In this document: in pieces, positions 39,336 through 49,155 of the stretch | Numbering within the stretch: position 1 is the stretch's first letter | Layout: every line of letters starts with the position of its first letter | NCBI GenBank assembly: GCA_023382455.1 | Contig: JAHDVX010000014.1 | Coordinates: 16,867-80,866 of the forward strand | DNA from: Flavobacteriales bacterium | GTDB taxonomy: Bacteria > Bacteroidota > Bacteroidia > Flavobacteriales_F > PHOS-HE28 | Length of the DNA: 64,000 nt | Direction of reading: 5' to 3' | Position numbers and translations under genes: made by a program | The notes under the pieces: generated by a model | Told to the model about the DNA's origin: nothing | Seen by the model: the letters and a program-made list of their open reading frames with translations, nothing else | Databases searched by the model: none

Positions 39336-40789
39336 AGCGTTTCTGCGTAGCATTTGCCACCACGCTAATTAGCGTGGTGGCAAATGCCCAGTACTGGAAG
39401 GCGGTGGGCTTGGGCACACTGGGGCCAACTTCTGTGCAAACCCTTTATGGCGACAGCATCTCGGACCGATTGCTCGCGGGTGGGACTTTCCTTCACATAC
39501 TGAACGAGAATGATACGGTGCTCGCATTTGGGCAAGCAGCGTGGAACGGCCAGCGTTGGGACAGCTTGGCAACACGCATTCAGGCCGATGGTGGTGGCGA
39601 AGGGGCCCAGCAAACTTTTTGGTTCCTCCGGTTCCAGAACCAATTGTATGCATGTGGCCATTATGGGTTCTTGAATAATGAAGGCCAAGTGAACCGCAGT
39701 CTCGCCCGGTTGAATGAAGGTACGTTACACTGGGAAAATTTGGAATGCATAAATCCGAGTATTGGCGGCATGGAAACCTTGGTCCCCAAGGAGCCGCAGG
39801 CAACACTGTATGCCACGGGCTATATGGGCAGTATATGCGGCTATCCGGAGAGCTGCGTGTTCCGGTATGACGGTAGCGCTTTCCATGTGTGGGAGCCCTT
39901 CAACTTGATCCCCCAAGGATTGAATGATGCGTACGTGGGCACCGTCTTCGATTTCCAGGGCAAGACCTACATGAGCTGTAGCCTGCCGGACCCGGTGGAC
40001 GGAAGCGGCTTTGTGAGTTTCCTGCGCTGGAACGGCACGGCATGGGAGCATGTGCCGGGGTGGAACACCTTAAGTCCCATTAAAGACATCAGCATCCGCA
40101 ACGACACCCTCTACGTGGCCGGTACCTTCACCTTGGCCGATGGAGGCCCCGGCAACCTCGTGGCAGCGTTCAGCAACGAGCAATGGAGCGACATGGGCGG
40201 AGGGCTGTTCTACAACCCGGTGCCCATGAGCGGCGTGGTCTGGGACTTGGAATGGTTCCACGGAAAGCTCTGGGCTTGCGGTCAATTCGATCAGGCAGCC
40301 AACTTGCCGGCCCATAGCATCGCCCATTGGGACGGCCACCGCTGGTGCGTGCCCCCAGGGGATTTCCGATGGATCTTCAACAGCCAATCCAAGTTGCTGG
40401 ACATGGCGGTGTGGCGCGACAGTCTTTACGTGTGCGGCGGCATTCTCACCGTGGATTGGGACACCATGAAGCAAGTGGTGCAATGGATCGGCGGGGATGC
40501 CGTGGATGATTGCAGCACCGTGGGCATCGGGGAAACGACACAACCTGTTCCGGATGGGCACCTGTTGATCACACCACTTCCTGGAGAGGATAGCTGGACA
40601 GTCCGGTTCCCACATCCGGGTACATGGAAGTTGGAAGTGTATGATGCCACGGGTCGTTTTGTCAAGCATATCCACACAGAAGGGCAAGCTATAGAGTTCA
40701 ATCTTGCCAGTGCTGCACCGGGCATCTATATTGTGCATACCAAGGATGTACATGGTTCTGCGTGGGTCCGTAAAATTCGAAACCCATGA
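39332..40789 (+). CDS. Secreted beta-propeller protein with T9SS-like CTD (paralog A)
   Basis: Signal peptide ANA-Q; repeats LYVAGTF...W(N/D)G..W; YDATGR...GIYIV...RKI. Confidence 0.8.
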   Translation: MKRFCVAFATTLISVVANAQYWKAVGLGTLGPTSVQTLYGDSISDRLLAGGTFLHILNENDTVLAFGQAAWNGQRWDSLATRIQADGGGEGAQQTFWFLRFQNQLYACGHYGFLNNEGQVNRSLARLNEGTLHWENLECINPSIGGMETLVPKEPQATLYATGYMGSICGYPESCVFRYDGSAFHVWEPFNLIPQGLNDAYVGTVFDFQGKTYMSCSLPDPVDGSGFVSFLRWNGTAWEHVPGWNTLSPIKDISIRNDTLYVAGTFTLADGGPGNLVAAFSNEQWSDMGGGLFYNPVPMSGVVWDLEWFHGKLWACGQFDQAANLPAHSIAHWDGHRWCVPPGDFRWIFNSQSKLLDMAVWRDSLYVCGGILTVDWDTMKQVVQWIGGDAVDDCSTVGIGETTQPVPDGHLLITPLPGEDSWTVRFPHPGTWKLEVYDATGRFVKHIHTEGQAIEFNLASAAPGIYIVHTKDVHGSAWVRKIRNP

Positions 40790-42237
40790 AGCGGTTATTG
40801 ATGGTTTATTCCGCCGCGCTCCTTCATACAACGGCAGTGGCCCAGCATTGGTCCAACGTGGGTTTGGGGCCTGCAGGTATTGGGCCAACGCAGGTCAAGT
40901 GCCTTTACGGTGACACGGTAATGGACCGGTTATTGGCCGGAGGGCAGTTCTTCAAGTATAGGAATGACGTGGATACGGTATGGGCATTCAGCCGGGCCCA
41001 ATGGAATGGTGCTCGATGGGATAGTTTAGGTTCACGGGTCCAACCCGGTTCTGGAAGCGGGGAAATTGCACCGGAGGTATACTGGTACTTGCGTTATCAA
41101 GGCAACCTGTATACCTGTGGTGACTTTGGATTTTCGACACCAGGGGGTTACAACAGTAACATAGCCCGATTGGATGCACCGACAATGCAATGGGAGGACT
41201 TGGGGTGCCTCAGTACGGTTCCTAACGGGTTAAGAACACTCGTTCCCAAGGAACCACAAGAAACCTTGTATGCGACAGGCTTTGCCGACATATTGTGCGG
41301 CCAGTTTCCGCCTACATGCGTATACAGCTACGACGGCTCCACCTTCGTACGCTGGGCTCCATTCGATCAATTTCCGGAGGTTCCGCTCACCCATGTGACC
41401 TACATTTTCGAATTCCGCGGAAAAACCTATATGGTCGGGGTCTTTCCCGGTCCGGGTGGTCAAGGTGTGGCGAGCTTCCTGCGCTTCAATGGTTCCGTAT
41501 GGGAACTGGTGCCTGGGTGGAATAACCTGATGGCATCCATCTGGGATTATACGATCCGAAACGATACGCTATATGTGGGTGGTGACTTCCTTGAGGTTAA
41601 TGGCGGCCCGGGCAACCTGGTAGCCAGCTTTGACGGGGAGCAATGGAATAACCTGGGTGGAGGATTCCGGTGCAACGATTGTTGGTCGGCAGGCTCAGTC
41701 AACGCATTGCAATGGTTCAACGGGGAGCTGTGGGCATGCGGAATGTTCGATCAAGTTCTTGACATCCCAGCGCACGGTATAGCCAAATGGGACGGCCAAC
41801 GGTGGTGCGTGCTCCCTGGCGGGTTTCTGCAAGCCTCCCTGGTGGGTTCCCCCCTTTACGACATGACGGTCTGGCGGGACAGCCTATATATGTGCGGACT
41901 GTTTGAATCGGTGGATGGTGTGCCGGCACACCAAATTGTGCAATGGATCGGCGGCGATGCCGTGGAGGATTGCAGCACCGTGGGCATCGGGGAAACAGTA
42001 CCACCGACCGGCCTTGTGGTATCCCCGATAGCGGAGCCTGGCAGATGGGCCGTCCATTTCCCCAAGGAGGGGAGCTGGGTGCTGGCTGCGTACGACGCCA
42101 TAGGGCGCATGGTCGACAGGTGGCATGTGGTGGGCAGCACCGTGGTCATTGACCTAGGCAACCGGCCACTAGGGCTTTACCTGTTACGGACCGGTACGCC
42201 GGAAGGTGCATGGTATTCGGCCAAAGTGCTGCGCTAA
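40786..42237 (+). CDS. Secreted beta-propeller protein with T9SS-like CTD (paralog B)
   Basis: Colinear with 39332-40789 (TLVPKEPQ.TLYATG, IRNDTLYV, QWIGGDAV.DCSTVGIGET). Confidence 0.8.
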   Translation: MKRLLMVYSAALLHTTAVAQHWSNVGLGPAGIGPTQVKCLYGDTVMDRLLAGGQFFKYRNDVDTVWAFSRAQWNGARWDSLGSRVQPGSGSGEIAPEVYWYLRYQGNLYTCGDFGFSTPGGYNSNIARLDAPTMQWEDLGCLSTVPNGLRTLVPKEPQETLYATGFADILCGQFPPTCVYSYDGSTFVRWAPFDQFPEVPLTHVTYIFEFRGKTYMVGVFPGPGGQGVASFLRFNGSVWELVPGWNNLMASIWDYTIRNDTLYVGGDFLEVNGGPGNLVASFDGEQWNNLGGGFRCNDCWSAGSVNALQWFNGELWACGMFDQVLDIPAHGIAKWDGQRWCVLPGGFLQASLVGSPLYDMTVWRDSLYMCGLFESVDGVPAHQIVQWIGGDAVEDCSTVGIGETVPPTGLVVSPIAEPGRWAVHFPKEGSWVLAAYDAIGRMVDRWHVVGSTVVIDLGNRPLGLYLLRTGTPEGAWYSAKVLR

Positions 42238-42337
42238 GGAAGTGCGGGCATGGGTTTCGGATGGACTGGAGGCGAGAACCGGTATCCCTCTCGTGGCCGC
42301 GAACTTTGAAGATGATTGCAACGATCCACGAAAATCC

Positions 42338-42345
42338 TATATTTG
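42338..42345 (+). promoter_or_regulatory. Bacteroidota -7 promoter element of rpsU
   Basis: TATATTTG, 23 nt before the ATG. Confidence 0.6.
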
Positions 42346-42368
42346 CGCCCCCAATCGGAAACAGGAAC

Positions 42369-42560
42369 ATGCTGATCATCCCCGTGAAAGAAGGCGAGCC
42401 CATCGACAAGGCGCTGAAGAAGTTCAAGAAGAAGTTCGAGCGCACGGGCACGCTGCGTTCGCTGCGCAAGCGCCAGCATTTCACCAAGCCTTCGGTGGAG
42501 CGCCGTGTGGAGCGCCTGCGCGCCATCTACAAGGCCGAGACCTACGGCGGGGAGCAGTAA
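42369..42560 (+). CDS. rpsU: 30S ribosomal protein S21
   Basis: MLIIPVKEGEPIDKALKKFKKKF...FTKPSV. Confidence 0.95.
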   Translation: MLIIPVKEGEPIDKALKKFKKKFERTGTLRSLRKRQHFTKPSVERRVERLRAIYKAETYGGEQ

Positions 42561-42599
42561 GCCATCGGCCATGGCCGCGCCCTGAACAGGGTGCGGTTG

Positions 42600-42633
42600 A
42601 AAGGCGGACATTCATCAGGATGTCCGCCTTTTT
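42600..42633 (+). terminator. Intrinsic terminator
   Basis: AAAGGCGGACAT-loop-ATGTCCGCCTTTTT. Confidence 0.75.
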
Positions 42634-42653
42634 GCGTGCTTAACTTTCGCCGA

Positions 42654-43541
42654 ATGCCGGTGGAACGATTCCTGGAGCACCTGACCTACGAGGTGCGGGC
42701 CAGCCCCCTGACGGTGAAGGCGTACCAGGGCGACCTGGAGCAATTCACGGCCTTTGTGCGCGAAGCCGTGGGCCTGGACGGCCCTGCGGAGGCCAATGAC
42801 AAGGCCGTGCGGGCCTGGATGATGCACCTGATGGAGGCCGGCACGGGGCCGCGCTCGGTGAACCGCAAGCTCAGCGCCCTGCGGGCATACTACCGCTTTG
42901 CGCGCACCGTTGGGGAGGTGGATACGGACCCCACCGCCATGGTCACCCCGCCCAAGACCCCCAAGCGCCTGCCGGAGTTCGTGGCCGAGCACTGCATGGA
43001 GGAGCTCTTCGCCCGGGTGCCTTGGCCCGAAGGCTTCACCGGCTTGCGCGACCGCCTGATGATGGAGCTGCTCTACGGCACCGGCATGCGTCTGGCCGAG
43101 CTGATCGGCCTCTCTCCGGGGGATGTGGACCAGCGCAAGGGCACCTTGCGCGTGCTGGGCAAGCGCAACAAGGAGCGCATCCTGCCCTTGGCCTTGCCGC
43201 TGCGTGACCTTTTGGGCGAGTACCTGCCGCAGCGGGAGATGCTTGCGAAAGGGCAGGAGGGGAGCCTGCTGGTGAGGCCGGACGGGAAACCCCTGCCGCG
43301 GCGCACCGTACAATCCTTGGTGGCGCATTACCTTAGTGCGGTAACCACCCAGCATAAACGAAGCCCACACGTCTTGCGACACACTTTCGCCACCCACCTG
43401 CTTGAGCACGGCGCCGACCTGAACGCCGTAAAGGAGCTGTTGGGCCATGCCAACCTGGCCGCCACGCAGGTCTACACGCACAATACGGTGGACAAGCTCA
43501 AGCAGGCCCACCGCCAAGCCCATCCACGCGGCGGAGCTTAG
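42654..43541 (+). CDS. xerC: Tyrosine recombinase, XerC-like
   Basis: TGMRLAEL, GKRNKER, SPHVLRHTFATH, LLGHANLAATQVY; conserved rpsU-xerC-hpf order. Confidence 0.85.
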   Translation: MPVERFLEHLTYEVRASPLTVKAYQGDLEQFTAFVREAVGLDGPAEANDKAVRAWMMHLMEAGTGPRSVNRKLSALRAYYRFARTVGEVDTDPTAMVTPPKTPKRLPEFVAEHCMEELFARVPWPEGFTGLRDRLMMELLYGTGMRLAELIGLSPGDVDQRKGTLRVLGKRNKERILPLALPLRDLLGEYLPQREMLAKGQEGSLLVRPDGKPLPRRTVQSLVAHYLSAVTTQHKRSPHVLRHTFATHLLEHGADLNAVKELLGHANLAATQVYTHNTVDKLKQAHRQAHPRGGA

Positions 43542-43592
43542 TCGCCGCCGCCCCCAACCGTCATCAACGAACCAACCAAACAGGAACGAGCC

Positions 43593-43901
43593 ATGAACGT
43601 GAACGTGCATTCCCTCCACTTCGACGCCGACATCAAACTGGTCAACTTCATCAAGGAGAAGCTCAACAAACTGACCCTCTTCCATGACAATATCCTGAAC
43701 GGCGATGTGACCCTGCACGTGGGGCCGGACGGGGAACGCCCGGAGAACAAGCACGTGGAGATCCGCCTGTCCGTGCCGGGCAATGACCTCTTCGCCAAGC
43801 GCAGGGCGGCCAGCTTCGAGGAGGCGGCCGTGAACACCATCGAGGCCTTGCGGATCCAGGTGGCCAAGGACAAGACCCGCATGCGCGAGGTGCGCGGATA
43901 G
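43593..43901 (+). CDS. hpf: Ribosome hibernation factor HPF/RaiA
   Basis: HFDAD.KL..FI.EKL.KL, ENK.VEIRL.VPG.DLFA, SFEEA. Confidence 0.88.
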   Translation: MNVNVHSLHFDADIKLVNFIKEKLNKLTLFHDNILNGDVTLHVGPDGERPENKHVEIRLSVPGNDLFAKRRAASFEEAAVNTIEALRIQVAKDKTRMREVRG

Positions 43902-43997
43902 CCCGTAAACACCGGGCTGCGGCCCGTTTTTCAACCTTTAACGGCGGCCATGATCAACTTCATGGCCGCCTGTATTTGGTGGCTTCACCTATTTGTA

Positions 43998-44005
43998 TAC
44001 ATTTG
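43998..44005 (+). promoter_or_regulatory. Promoter of the tRNA-tuf operon
   Basis: TACATTTG with an upstream TTTG at about 43975 (-33/-7 spacing). Confidence 0.6.
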
Positions 44006-44072
44006 CAGGCCCAATTCCGGGGGGTATACCTCCCGGAGGCGGGTCGGGAACGTTCTTTTTCTTGCTGTACAC

Positions 44073-44145
44073 GCCAATGTAGCTCAGCTGGTAGAGCAGC
44101 TGATTTGTAATCAGCCGGTCGGGGGTTCGAGTCCCTTCATTGGCT
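44073..44145 (+). tRNA. tRNA-Thr(TGT)
   Basis: Cloverleaf GCCAATG...CATTGGC; anticodon loop TTTGTAA. Confidence 0.95.
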
Positions 44146-44160
44146 CCGTGAAAGGACCAT

Positions 44161-44246
44161 GGGGAGATACCCAAGCGGCCAACGGGGGCAGACTGTAAAT
44201 CTGCTGTCTTACGACTTCGTAGGTTCGAATCCTGCTCTCCCCACCA
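44161..44246 (+). tRNA. tRNA-Tyr(GTA)
   Basis: GGGGAGA...TCTCCCC-ACCA; anticodon loop CTGTAAA; long variable arm. Confidence 0.95.
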
Positions 44247-44291
44247 ATACGGAGCCAACACACCGGGTGCCCCCAAGGCATCCGGGTTCAA

Positions 44292-44364
44292 GCGGGAGTA
44301 GCTCAGTTGGTAGAGCATCAGCCTTCCAAGCTGAATGTCGCGGGTTCGAATCTCGTCTCCCGCT
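44292..44364 (+). tRNA. tRNA-Gly(TCC)
   Basis: GCGGGAG...CTCCCGC; anticodon loop CTTCCAA. Confidence 0.95.
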
Positions 44365-44412
44365 CTACCCCCAAGCCGGGCTTCCACCGGCATGGGGACC
44401 AACCGCACAGAG

Positions 44413-44487
<75 letters not shown>

Positions 44488-44592
44488 GGCTCGGATGCCG
44501 GCCCAGCCCGCCAGCCGCACATAGGCACGTACAGCATTGCAAGGAACAGCCCGAACGAACCTGATACGAACAACACCAAACGACCGTCCCAC

Positions 44593-45780
<1,188 letters not shown>

Positions 45781-45866
45781 GACAACCAACCAACGGTCGG
45801 CGGGCCGTCCACCGGAAGGTGGACGGCCCTTGCCGACCAAGGGAACGGGCAGTAAAACAGGAACGA

Positions 45867-45942
45867 ACGGGAGTAGCTCAATTGGTAGAGCGACGGTCTC
45901 CAAAACCGTAGGCTGCGGGTTCGATTCCTGCCTCCCGTGCCA
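45867..45942 (+). tRNA. tRNA-Trp(CCA)
   Basis: ACGGGAG...CTCCCGT-GCCA; anticodon loop CTCCAAA. Confidence 0.95.
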
Positions 45943-45954
45943 AAGCGAACAACA

Positions 45955-46185
45955 GTGGCAAGCTTCAAGACATACCTGAGCGAAAGCTACCAAGAGCTCC
46001 TCCACAAGGTCAGTTGGCCCACGTGGAAGGAACTTCAGAGCAGTTCCATCCTCGTGCTGGTCTCCGCCTTCCTGGTCTCGCTCATCATTTTCGTGATGGA
46101 CTTCGTCTTTGGCGTCCACAACATGGCCAACGCCAACTTCTGGAAGGGATTCCTGGGGTTCATCTATAAATTCATGGGACACTAG
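45955..46185 (+). CDS. secE: Preprotein translocase subunit SecE
   Basis: ESY.EL..KVSWPTW.EL plus one TM segment; GTG start. Confidence 0.92.
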   Translation: MASFKTYLSESYQELLHKVSWPTWKELQSSSILVLVSAFLVSLIIFVMDFVFGVHNMANANFWKGFLGFIYKFMGH

Positions 46186-46186
46186 G

Positions 46187-46741
46187 ATGGCCGCCGGGAA
46201 TACCAAGAAGTGGTACGTGTTGCGTGCCGTGAGCGGGAAGGAGAAGAAGGTGAAGGAGCTCATCGACACCGAGATCCGCCGCTCCAACTTGGGCAGCCAC
46301 ATCGCCCAGGTGCTCATCCCCATGGAGAAGTTCTACCAGATCCGTGACGGGAAGAAGGTGAGCAAGGAGCGCAATTTCTTCCCCGGCTATGTGCTGCTGG
46401 AGGCGGACCTCACCGGCGAGATCACCTTCAACCTCAAACAGCTCACCAACGTCATCGGCTTCCTGGGCGCGGAAAAGGGGGGAGACCCTGTGCCCCTGCG
46501 CCAGAGCGAGGTGAACCGCATCTTGGGTACCGTGGATGAACTGGCCGATGCCGAGGAGTCACCATTCAACCCCTACCATGTGGGCGAGGGCGTGAAGGTG
46601 ATCGACGGGCCCTTCAACGGGTTCAATGGTACCATTGAGGAGATCAACGAGGAGAAGAAGAAGCTGAAGGTGATGGTGAAGATCTTCGGAAGAAGGACTC
46701 CGCTGGAACTCAGCTTCATGCAAGTGGAAAAGGAAGTCTAG
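46187..46741 (+). CDS. nusG: Transcription termination/antitermination factor NusG
   Basis: [20 protein letters not shown] motif [14 protein letters not shown]. Confidence 0.96.
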   Translation: MAAGNTKKWYVLRAVSGKEKKVKELIDTEIRRSNLGSHIAQVLIPMEKFYQIRDGKKVSKERNFFPGYVLLEADLTGEITFNLKQLTNVIGFLGAEKGGDPVPLRQSEVNRILGTVDELADAEESPFNPYHVGEGVKVIDGPFNGFNGTIEEINEEKKKLKVMVKIFGRRTPLELSFMQVEKEV

Positions 46742-46808
46742 GAATAAAACCAACCGTCCGAGTCCCGCATAAGGTGCGGGACGCCAACCAGGACATAAAC
46801 CAAGAACA

Positions 46809-47252
46809 ATGGCAAAGGAGATCTCGGGGCTCGTGAAGCTCCAGGTAAAAGGCGGGGCCGCTAACCCCGCTCCGCCCATCGGCCCCGCACTGGGCGCCAA
46901 GGGCGTGAACATCATGGAGTTCTGCAAGCAGTTCAATGCGCGCACGCAGGACAAGGCCGGCAAGGTGCTGCCCGTGGTGATCACCGTATACAGCGACAAG
47001 AGCTTCGACTTCATCATCAAGACGCCGCCCGCCGCAGTGCAGCTGATGGAGCATGCCAAGGCCAAGAAGGGCAGCGGCGTTCCTCAGACCGATAAGGTGG
47101 GCAGCGTGACCTGGGACCAGGTGAAGGCCATCGCCGAGGACAAGATGCCCGACCTGAACTGCTTCACCCTGGAGAGCGCCATGAGCATGGTGGCCGGCAC
47201 GGCCCGCTCGATGGGCATTACCGTAACCGGCGAAAGCCCCCTCAACAAGTAA
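46809..47252 (+). CDS. rplK: 50S ribosomal protein L11
   Basis: [21 protein letters not shown]. Confidence 0.98.
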   Translation: MAKEISGLVKLQVKGGAANPAPPIGPALGAKGVNIMEFCKQFNARTQDKAGKVLPVVITVYSDKSFDFIIKTPPAAVQLMEHAKAKKGSGVPQTDKVGSVTWDQVKAIAEDKMPDLNCFTLESAMSMVAGTARSMGITVTGESPLNK

Positions 47253-47260
47253 CCGCAGCC

Positions 47261-47953
<693 letters not shown>

Positions 47954-47983
47954 CGGGACGCACGTCCGAACAAAAGACAACAA

Positions 47984-48514
47984 ATGGCAACCCGCGCAGA
48001 AAAAGACGCAGTGATCGCCGAACTCACCGGCGAGATCAAGGAAACCAACGTGCTTTACCTCACCGACGCCAGCTCCATGAGCGCCGAGGCCACCAGCAAC
48101 CTCCGCCGTGCCTGCAACAAGGGCGGCATCCGGATGCGGGTGGTGAAGAACACCCTCCTCCGCAAGGCCATGGAGCGTGTGGAAGGCAAGGACTACAGCG
48201 AACTGTTCCCCACCCTGGCCGGACAGACCGCCGTGCTCTTCGCCGACAAGGGCAACGCACCCGCCAAGATGATCAAGGACTTCCGCAAGAAGGGCGACCG
48301 CCCCGTGCTGAAGAGCGCCTGGATCGACGAGGCCGTGTTCATCGGTGATGACCAACTGGTGATGCTCAGCCAGCTCAAGGGCCGCGAGGAGCTCATCGGT
48401 GAGATCATCGGCCTGCTGCAAAGCCCGATGAAGAACGTCATCAGCGCCCTGCAGGGCAGCGCCGGACACAAGGTGGCCGGCCTGGTGAAAGCCCTCGAAG
48501 AGCGGGCCGCATAA
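47984..48514 (+). CDS. rplJ: 50S ribosomal protein L10
   Basis: VVKNTLL motif; operon position. Confidence 0.95.
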   Translation: MATRAEKDAVIAELTGEIKETNVLYLTDASSMSAEATSNLRRACNKGGIRMRVVKNTLLRKAMERVEGKDYSELFPTLAGQTAVLFADKGNAPAKMIKDFRKKGDRPVLKSAWIDEAVFIGDDQLVMLSQLKGREELIGEIIGLLQSPMKNVISALQGSAGHKVAGLVKALEERAA

Positions 48515-48605
48515 GACACCACAGGGCTTCCCGCACTTGCGGGCGCCCGTTAACCGCGTTACGCACAGTCAGCTTCCCAACAACCGTAAGTAACAACAAC
48601 CAAAG

Positions 48606-48986
48606 ATGGCAGACATCAAGAACTTGGGCGATCAGCTCGTGAGCCTCACCGTGAAAGAGGTGAATGAACTGGCCCAGTACCTTAAGGACGAATACAAGAT
48701 CGAGCCCGCAGCTGCTGCTGTGGCGATCGCAGGCCCCGCCGCTGGCGGTGGTGGCGCCGAGGCCGCCGAGGCCAAGACCAGCTTCGACGTGATCCTCAAG
48801 TCCGGCGGAGCAAACAAGCTCGCCGTGGTGAAGCTCGTGAAGGAGCTCACCGGCCTGGGACTGAAGGAGGCCAAGGAGCTCGTGGACGGTGCTCCCAAGC
48901 CCCTGAAGGAAGGCGTTTCCAAGGAGGACGCCGAGAGCCTGAAGCAGCAACTGACGGAAGCCGGAGCGGAAGTTGAGGTCAAGTAA
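48606..48986 (+). CDS. rplL: 50S ribosomal protein L7/L12
   Basis: Ala/Gly hinge; [14 protein letters not shown]. Confidence 0.98.
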   Translation: MADIKNLGDQLVSLTVKEVNELAQYLKDEYKIEPAAAAVAIAGPAAGGGGAEAAEAKTSFDVILKSGGANKLAVVKLVKELTGLGLKEAKELVDGAPKPLKEGVSKEDAESLKQQLTEAGAEVEVK

Positions 48987-49000
48987 GCCCGACCCGTCCG

Positions 49001-49062
49001 AAGGACAGCGATGGCCGGGTGTCCCGCAATGGCGGTGACACCCGGCCCATCGGGTCCTTTTT
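49001..49062 (+). terminator. Attenuator/terminator between rplL and rpoB
   Basis: Long GC stem CGATGGCCGGGTGTC/GACACCCGGCCCATCG followed by a T-run. Confidence 0.65.
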
Positions 49063-49155
49063 CGCGTTACCGCTCCGTTCACCAACCCCGGGTACCAGGG
49101 GCTCTTTCAGGTACCATAAGGTCGTCGGTCGTCCGTTAATTCCCAGCATCCCCCA

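Noticed and set aside
39332-42237. Diversity-generating retroelement (TR/VR pair) explanation for the 59-bp repeat
   Set aside because: The mismatches are G/C and T/G rather than adenine-specific, both copies are coding, and no reverse transcriptase is present.
42654-43541. Tyrosine recombinase next to the low-GC cassette and tRNAs as a possible island integrase
   Set aside because: Host-like codon usage and the conserved rpsU-xerC-hpf context indicate the housekeeping Xer recombinase; no tRNA 3' duplication was found.
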